This document shows, piece by piece, positions 56,601-64,000 of a stretch of 64,000 bases of DNA. Numbering within the stretch: the first letter of the stretch is position 1; each line of letters begins with the position of its first letter. Below the pieces are notes generated by a model. The model saw nothing but the letters and a program-made list of their open reading frames with translations, was not told the origin of the DNA and did not search any database. The stretch covers positions 34,536,001 through 34,600,000 of the forward strand of contig OZ249436.1 of the NCBI GenBank assembly GCA_965235115.1, written 5' to 3'. The position numbers and the translations under genes were made by a program. The DNA comes from Laetmonice hystrix. Taxonomy: Eukaryota.

Positions 56601-59059
56601 GTTACTGCGAAACCCTGGATGAATGGCCTGCTTGCACGGTTGGCGCAGGCGAGGCATGCAACCACGGTTTGTCATCGAAGGCGGTCTACTCGCTCTCGCT
56701 TTGTCATCATCGTAATTACGAGCGTATTAAATGTTGGTTTAGAACGTCATAGCTTGTACCTCCCCGTCCTACAACCCTACGGTTGCTTGTAAAATACTAC
56801 CGACCCCACTGCCACCGGAGTAGGACTGACGTCACTAAGGTCAAAGGTCGCATGATCCGGTTGCTCCGATCAGATCTGTGAATGAGCCCAGACCTTTATA
56901 ATGATCCCACTATGGGCCCATCCATCACTGTGACACGTCTGGTCACTGTCAGCGGGACACTTCATGATCCAAAAGGTCCCAGTAAACAAATAAACAATAC
57001 AAGCGAGGTCAAAGAATCAATGCAAATAGGCAACAATTAACATGTTAGCGTACACTCACCTGAACACAGGGCCGACTTCAAACATGATGGGTATAATCCG
57101 TAAGTCTTGTCCACGCATTTCAAAATGTGACGCAACTCCAATCTTGTTTGCCGCACTGCAACAAGAATGTCATCCATCCAAGTACGTGCACAGACAGTAA
57201 TCCCTGTGAATTAGCGATTACCGTTAAAAATCCATGCTAGCTTATTAAGACGCGCGATGGAAGATCTTGACGGCAACTGGTCCTCAATACAGGTCTTTGA
57301 GCCTTCAGCGCCAATGCCTGATATGTCCAATAGTAAGTATCTAGGCGTGGTTGATGCGGCCAGTCCACAGCAGCTTGCCGTGTACAAACTAAGCAAATGG
57401 AGCGGCGTCCCGTAAATATTGCATTTCCATAACATCCCAATTAATACGCGAGATCGCTCAGATCGTTGCAAGAATCGTTATGCTGACGGGTCCTCTGTCT
57501 TACAGCGAGTGAAGTCCTCATTAGAGAAGCACTGCACAGTGTAGGTGGACGTCGCACAAGGCATTTGCAAGCTCCAACGTCATCTACTGAATCGTCCAAC
57601 CAACCATCAAACCAACCAACACACCAGCCATCTGTCGTGTGTAACCTGTAATAGTGGAATTAGTTTCCACCGATAAGCGCCTACTGCATGCTTTTAATAA
57701 TCACAACGGTGGCACTTGGAATTTTTCGTCAGCACCCCACCAGTGTTCAAGTCGAGGCGATGCGCTAGGTTCTCTATTATTCCAGCCCCAGTCGCGTAAC
57801 AGCACGCCGCTCTCAAACGGTCGCCAACAACTCGCGCCCAAACAAAGGCGGTTGCATCATCGACTGTCACAGCAAACGACCAAATTGATTTGAATAATTC
57901 AAACTTTTTTTCCATCGATGCTTGGCAGTTTACTCATTGCCAACCGCATTTGGCCAGTTTAATCTCCTTACGGTTTCAAACGGCGACCACAACAAACCAA
58001 TGACGCTGTCCGTTCGAGGAAATGCATGCGTGCAACTGAACCCCCCTCCCCTACAGGCGGTGAATAAGCGAATTGCCTGGATACCCGATCTAACCCCACG
58101 CGGGACTGAAAGTGACGCGATAATTAGAAAACTGCGGCCTACTTTGCATTTTCAACTGCTTCAGTATTATGCAAATTAACGTCATTAAACAAATTTGGCG
58201 TAACATGCAATACACGGTTGGACTAACCGGGCAGGACCAGCACTCCTTGGGTCTGTCGTCTTACCTCGATCTCTGCAGACGCTCAGACTCGAGAGAAAAG
58301 CCAGGATGTAATGTTTTTGACAACATTTTGTTTGAAATATACAATACATTATCCCATCCTATTGTTATATAGCTAGCTTCATTGTCACAATTACGCATCA
58401 TCGCAATTTATATATAGGCCTACCACTTAGTTTTGCTGAAGTTCTTTCGAACTGTGTTATTGGATGCTATTTGAATTTAACATTTTACCCCGATGTCAGC
58501 ATCTGAGTAGATAAAAATTGCGACAAGGCTTACACCGTAAAGATCTAAAGTCTAAAAGCTAAAAACATTTCATATTGCTGACGTACATAATGACTCCGTG
58601 AGTAAAATTATAAATAAAATGTGTGATCCTTGAAATTGATGCTGGTGAGAGAACTAGATTTGTGGTATTGTCGACTGCTGATGAGATATTGATCTCAGCC
58701 AGCAGCCATCGATTTCAAATTTCAGGATGGGGGAAAAATACACTTAATTGGCGAAAAGGCTAATTTGTTGCATTACGTGTGCTTCAGTGGATTTCCAAAG
58801 TGGTAAGGCTCATATCATGAGTGCGCTTGTTAGGCGTATTGCAACAATATACTGCCTAATTGTTTCCACAGTTTCAGAGTTTAGACGAATGCTGGAAGGT
58901 TTAAAATTAAACAAATTTAAAGCACTCGTAATACGAGTACTGAACTGAAAGAGATTCTGTCCGAAATGTTACCAGTGATCCACCCGCTGCGAGATCTCGG
59001 TCTACTTTATATAAAGTGTTACACTAGCATATTTCATTTCATTATGTCCTAGCAAAAGA

Positions 59060-59499
59060 GTATTTAAGCATAATGCACCCTAGCGACCGCTCTTTTATCA
59101 CGGCATAAAACGCGTATTTGGCACTATAATTTTCATTTTTTTCTGGGGGAGGGCCCCCGAACTCCCGCTTCGCGCTTTTCGGCCCTCGCATGGGAGGTGC
59201 GCCCTCCTTCCCAAATTCCTGATTCCGCCCCTGACTTCCCCTCCACTCAGAAATTTCTAGCTATAGGGCCCCGACAAACCTGTTCAGAAAGCGGAATGCA
59301 AGAAGCTAGGTGCATAGCAGCATCCTTTGTCTGGCAGATTGCTAAATGCTCCCTCCATTCCCCATTGGTTTTGGCGACGTTGGTAAGCACCTGTACCTCC
59401 CAAATTAGGTCACCTAGACAACAGAAAGCCTATGGCAAAAATACCCCTTCTCCATAATACGCACCCCCACCCCCAAACAAAATCCTGGCTACGGGCCTG
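59060..59499. mobile_element. Remnant(s) of a G/C-tract MITE-like repeat family
   Basis: Ends in AAAATCCTGGCTACGGGCCTG, sharing the terminus at 1016-1028. The internal TTTTCTGGGGGAGGGCCCCCG resembles segments at ~22560-22580 and ~60250-60270. The left boundary is uncertain. Confidence 0.45.
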
Positions 59500-60096
59500 T
59501 GAATGTTTCTAATGCACCTGCATTTCATATAAGATTTCAGCTTGTTGGCAGTTACTCTCGTATTTTACAGATTTCCTCTCAACTGTCTCAACTGTTTTTA
59601 AAAAATTAATTATTATTGTTTAGAGGTAGAGAAATATGATGCGACATAACGTTCGGAAATTTACTATGCATTCATTCCAGTAGGTAGAGGCTTCGCATGT
59701 TTCCTGTCATGCGCCTCGTACCAGTTACCATCAGTAAGTATATGGATTGAATAAATCATTCAATAAATGACCAGAGATGTTCGAGTGTTTACTTCTTCTT
59801 GGCCTGACTTTACGATGTATCTTTGTAATAATTATATCATGTAAGGGTAAGAATTAAACTCGTTTCTTCTCTTCCCCGATTTTCTGCTCATATCATATTC
59901 AGAATTGGGATCCCACCCGCGAGAGCTTCTACCCCTTGTAATGTACAGAGTTGAGAGTGATTGAGAAGGGGCCTTAAAAGTGGAAATCCCTTCATGTTGT
60001 ACAGATTTTCGGGGGTGGGGGGTATAAGCTCTGTGTCTGTGAGTCTAGTGTAGTGTCCTGACAGGCAGGGGGAGTGTAGTAGCACTCGGTGTCATC

Positions 60097-60154
60097 TTAT
60101 TACGACATGGCTATGTCGTTATTACGACTTAGTATGTCGTTATTACGACATAGC
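60097..60154. repeat. 21-bp tandem repeat built from palindromic half-sites
   Basis: TATGTCGTTATTACGAC at 60112 and 60133 plus a partial copy; ATGTCGT / ACGACAT are inverted. Confidence 0.8.
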
Positions 60155-60706
60155 TAACGTGTATTTAGCGGAGATTAATTTGGAAATTCTCGGTAATGGC
60201 ACCAGAATGCATCTTAGAGCATGTAAGCTCGCTATATAGATTCGTCGCTGGAGACCCCGGACCCCCGCTCCCGTACAGGGCGGAATTACCCGACCCACTT
60301 TTTTTTCGTTCCGCCACCCCTGCCCATTGCCACACAACCCTGTGGTACCCTGTGGCAAGTATAGGCCTACCAGCCCGGCATAGACGTTAAGTCGGCCAAG
60401 CCATCCGTAATGGGTCGTGGATGAACGCCGGAACAAAAATAGATCAGTAAAGTATATCGGCTTGCTGATATTCATCGCCACAACCAAACCACACAACTAC
60501 CTATTAAAGACATTCCTTCTCTTTTTCTGGAAGTTTGGCGAAGAGACAGTCTATTGCTAAGAGCGACCTTGCCATAACCTCGACCGAGAGTGGAGGTTTT
60601 GATACGATGTTCAGCTCGCTGGGTCAAACTGTATCTTCACTAACACCAATCAACATTGGTTAGTGAAGAGGCAGATAGAAGGCCGATGTGAAGTCGGATC
60701 ATCACC

Positions 60707-61045
60707 ATGTTTTGGTCACTCGCTCTGACATTATTTCTCGGCTATTGTTTCCTTGCCATGGCCAGCAGTGATATTTGTGACCGGAAAGTATGCGAGTTTA
60801 CTCTCGTCGTTCATCACACTCGGACAATGATCTACCATCACTCGACTCGAGGGGCCTACGATGTCAAACTGCGAAGGGATCAGCTCCAACTGGTGGAGAA
60901 TACGCTGAAGAAAAAACCAGACGAGCTGATTGGGAGAAATGTAACCGCAGCCGAGGTGATCACAGCAGACGGATACCCGAGAAATATTATAACCATTAAT
61001 GGCGAGTTTCCTGGACCTACCCTGGAGGTGTTGGAGGGGGCGCAG
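60707..61045 (+). CDS. Multicopper oxidase (laccase-like), coding exon 1: signal peptide and start of cupredoxin domain 1
   Basis: ATG in CACCATG context; hydrophobic leader MFWSLALTLFLGYCFLAMASS; then DICDRKVCEFTL...VITADGYPRNIITINGEFPGPTLEVLEGAQ, matching the laccase N-terminal (I/V)NGxFPGP motif. The exon ends at CAG|GTAGG (donor at 61046); 339 nt = 113 codons, phase 0. Confidence 0.93.
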
Positions 61046-63133
61046 GTAGGGGGTATAATGTATTACATAGGCCTACACACAATTTGTTATAGCAAGAGCT
61101 ATGTACACTCATGTATACTTGAACACAAATATACGCAGATGTATGCAAATATAAATAGAATAGAAATAAAAGGAGGCATTAGACAATATTCATCTGCACA
61201 TGTTAAATGTGCACATAATTTGCATATACGTTCATATCAAAGATGTAATAATTTTTGACATTGAGGTACATAAAGACACATAGTAGTTTAATATCTAGAC
61301 ATACTTTGTCTAGACGGGACCCACATGTCAAGTAGTGCTCATATCGATCGCGACAACATGCTCTTTGCTTTCGAGTCGAATGTCTTGTCCGGGTTACAGG
61401 TCCGGGTGTCACGGGTGTCGGACTGATAAAGTATAATCAGGGTATTAAAAGTTGAATATGACCTTTAAAGTCCGGATAAGTCAGAGCAAGTCTAATATAC
61501 AGGGCGTCTAAAAAAACAAAATCCTAAAATATCATCATTTTGTGAGAAAATGATACTAACTATAGATATAAGTTACCAAGTTTATCTGATAGGCAAAAAA
61601 CTCCTCCTGACTATATTGTCAGTGACCTACTCCCCTGAGGACAGAACCTACCTGACAGGACAGGACAGCCAGAGGCCTCCAGGTTGTGGGGCGCCAAGGC
61701 GGGGTTGTTTATGTTTGGATGGAACCTTTCAAGCAGACAAAAGGAAAATTACTTCGTTAGTGGAGTTGCAACTCCCTATAAGCAGCTCCTGGGTCCGCCA
61801 CTGGGCCGAGCAGGGTGTCCCCCAAAAATGTCCAGGCCAAACTAGGCAACCTTAATAATCTATGTTCCCCAGGATCCTGATGGGGAATCTTCTTACTTTT
61901 TACAATAAATAAAAAAAAATCGAAAGCAATGGAAAAAAGAAAAGTCACACTTCAGTCACTGCTAGTTGAGGGCTGACTTTGCTGCACCAAAAATGATATA
62001 AATTTGATTCGCTTAAATGGTTTTGATAAATCAAAGATTATTTTTCATGTAAGAAGATTCCCGCCCCCATGAAAGGTGATTTTTTAAATGTTTTCTTCCC
62101 TAACAAGTTTTGCCCAAACATCCACAACCCCAACGCCAACCATGCAGGCCGGTGGGGGTTTCGGGGGTGGGAGTGGCCCACTGGGGCTGGGTGGGGGAGG
62201 ATATAGGTATAATGTTAGGCCTATACCAAGAATATTGCCGCTATACTGCATGGCAAGGCCTACATGTGAAGTACATGTAGGCCCTACCCGCTAGACTCTA
62301 TACAATGTCTACCTTACAATAAACTTAATAAATATAAAGCAAACAAAACGCTTAGCCTTTTCCTTGAACCTTGGCCTCTGCTCCAGATTCATCCTCGAGC
62401 AGGAGACATGCATTTTTACTGTTTAATCCCTATTTAGTACCAGCCTCTGGTGCCAGGTTTTCATAACCTCGGGTAACTGACCTCGCATTTTACGACGGAG
62501 GTCGCCTTCATCATCTGCCAGATCGTGACCATGGGGGGCAGCGTGAAGGAAAAACTCTGTCCACAGGGGCGTTCAGGGGGCGACGCCTAATGGCGTTGTG
62601 GGAGAGCACATGGGGAATTTTTCAAATGCGACGGTTCGCTCGGATTCAATGCCGATTCTAACTCTCTGTCATGATTTCTACTTACAATGAAATGCCCCTG
62701 TCAATGTGCATAACTCCTGGCGACGGCGACTGCTTCGCATACGTGCAGCAAGCGGTCCCTGGTTAAGGTATCACAATGCTATATTAGCAAACCACGTGTG
62801 TGTTTATTATTGGCGGGGACGACTCGGTAAACTGGTTATCGTCAGACGGCGTCAAGAAAATGTTGCCATGATGTTGCTATAAATCTGGGCTGACCCAAGT
62901 TGGAGAGGGGCGATCACAGGTAGACAGTTCCAAAATGAATATGTGTCAAACAAATAAACACAATATTATACTTCATTAGGAACACTCCAAAATGAAGTTA
63001 GGCCTAGTAGGCCTACATGCCCCTAGCCTAGCCTACAGCTCTTTAAAAAATGGAAATATATAAGGCTTGACCTATTTATACATTTTTCGTCTTGGTCTAA
63101 TTTTATTTTCGTTATATCTCTTCCCCTCTATAG
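61046..63133 (+). other. Spliceosomal intron (GT-AG, phase 0, 2088 bp) of the multicopper oxidase gene
   Basis: GTAGGG donor and TCTCTTCCCCTCTATAG acceptor; splicing joins ...EVLEGAQ|VVVNVVNNL..., the expected continuous laccase sequence. Confidence 0.92.
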
Positions 63134-64000
63134 GTTGTGGTAAACGTAGTCAACAATTTGCGAACGTCTGGGGTGACGATTCACTGGCATGGCTTGTCTC
63201 AAAAGATGACTCCATGGATGGACGGCGTTCCCTTCATCACCCAGTGCCCCATCCATCCGAGCCAGTCATTCACCTACAGGTTCAGAGCGCAACCTAGCGG
63301 CACCCACTGGTACCACTCGCACCTGGCCAGCCAGCGCCTTGACGGTCTCAGTGGGGCGTTTATCGTCCACGAGCGGAAGCCATCCATGCCGTATTTTGTC
63401 GTCAGCGTCACCGACTGGTTTCCATGGGAGGCTCGAACCCTGGACGCCGCCACCCCGTTCCAGAAAGAGGTCGAGTACCAAGGAACCGGCGACTTGTTCT
63501 TCCTCGCTCACGCCGACCGGGGTTATTCAGCAGATGCTGTGGAGACGACAGCTGTGACGTATCACTCTGCGCTCATCAATGGCCGTGGACGATGGAATGA
63601 CGAACCGTTTCCGCTGACCGTTTTCACAATACAGAAGGACAGAACGTACCGCTTTAGGACTGTGAACTCAGCCGCCGAGTTTGCCTTTGAGATCAGTATT
63701 GACGATCATCATTTGGTGGTTGTCGCCCTGGATGGCTGCGAAATCGTACCTATGGAAGTTCATGCAGTAATAATATTCCCAGGAGAACGGGTGGACTTTG
63801 AGGTTAAAGGAAAGGGGACAGCCGGGCATATCTATTGGTTTAGAGCAAGAACGTTGCGTATAGGTTCTGGAGGGGGCAAAGTTCCAAACCCCAAGGAAGA
63901 TGACATAGTGCAAGAAACAAAGGCTGTAGTGTCCTACGGTGATTTTCTTGAAGGCAATGGCCTTGAACCTACTTCCTTATATATGAACTGTACGTCAGCC
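63134..64000 (+). CDS. Multicopper oxidase (laccase-like), coding exon 2, truncated by window end
   Basis: Pyrimidine tract plus TAG acceptor (63131-63133), then 289 open codons in phase with exon 1: VVVNVVNNLRTSGVTIHWHGLSQKMTPWMDGVPFITQCPI...GTHWYHSH...SALINGRGR...YRFRTVN...ISIDDHHLVVVALDG...PGERVDF. HWHG (63182-63193) and WYHSH (63308-63322) are the L1 and L2 copper-ligand motifs. It is missing from the ORF track, presumably because there is no stop in the window. Confidence 0.96.

Noticed and set aside
4745..58705. CTGATGA/CTGAAGA words as hammerhead ribozyme cores (e.g. 4750, 15086, 58678)
   Set aside because: None of those I checked is followed by a stem II plus GAAA and a compatible stem III.
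61046..61258. C-terminal part of ORF 60707..61258 (VGGIMYYIG...)
   Set aside because: Read-through into the intron; laccase similarity stops at the GT donor and resumes at 63134.
61498..61832. Tc1/mariner-like termini TACAGGGCGTCT and CAGGGTGTCCC in the laccase intron
   Set aside because: Both are in the same orientation and I found no inverse partner end.
63067..63913. Short ORFs overlapping laccase exon 2 in other frames or strands
   Set aside because: Shadow frames of the real coding exon.

Overview
This window is eukaryotic (animal-like, probably a bilaterian invertebrate) and mostly non-coding. The only well-supported protein-coding gene is at the right end. It is a secreted multicopper oxidase/laccase on the + strand with exon 1 CDS at 60707-61045, a GT-AG intron at 61046-63133 and exon 2 from 63134 running off the window. 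Signal peptide and copper-binding HWHG and WYHSH motifs are intact. The preceding ~60 kb has no convincing coding exons. It contains a ~3.8 kb array of a 34-bp satellite with internal higher-order duplications, a triplicated ~360-bp unit carrying a nested minisatellite, and several non-autonomous DNA-transposon/foldback elements (one with a clean 9-bp TSD). It also has microsatellites and many GC-rich islands with homeodomain, TALE, RFX and CTCF-like motifs, which look like a long cis-regulatory landscape or a very large intron. I found no prokaryotic-type system, RNA gene or CRISPR array. Everything was read by eye; repeat boundaries are approximate and motif calls are hypotheses.
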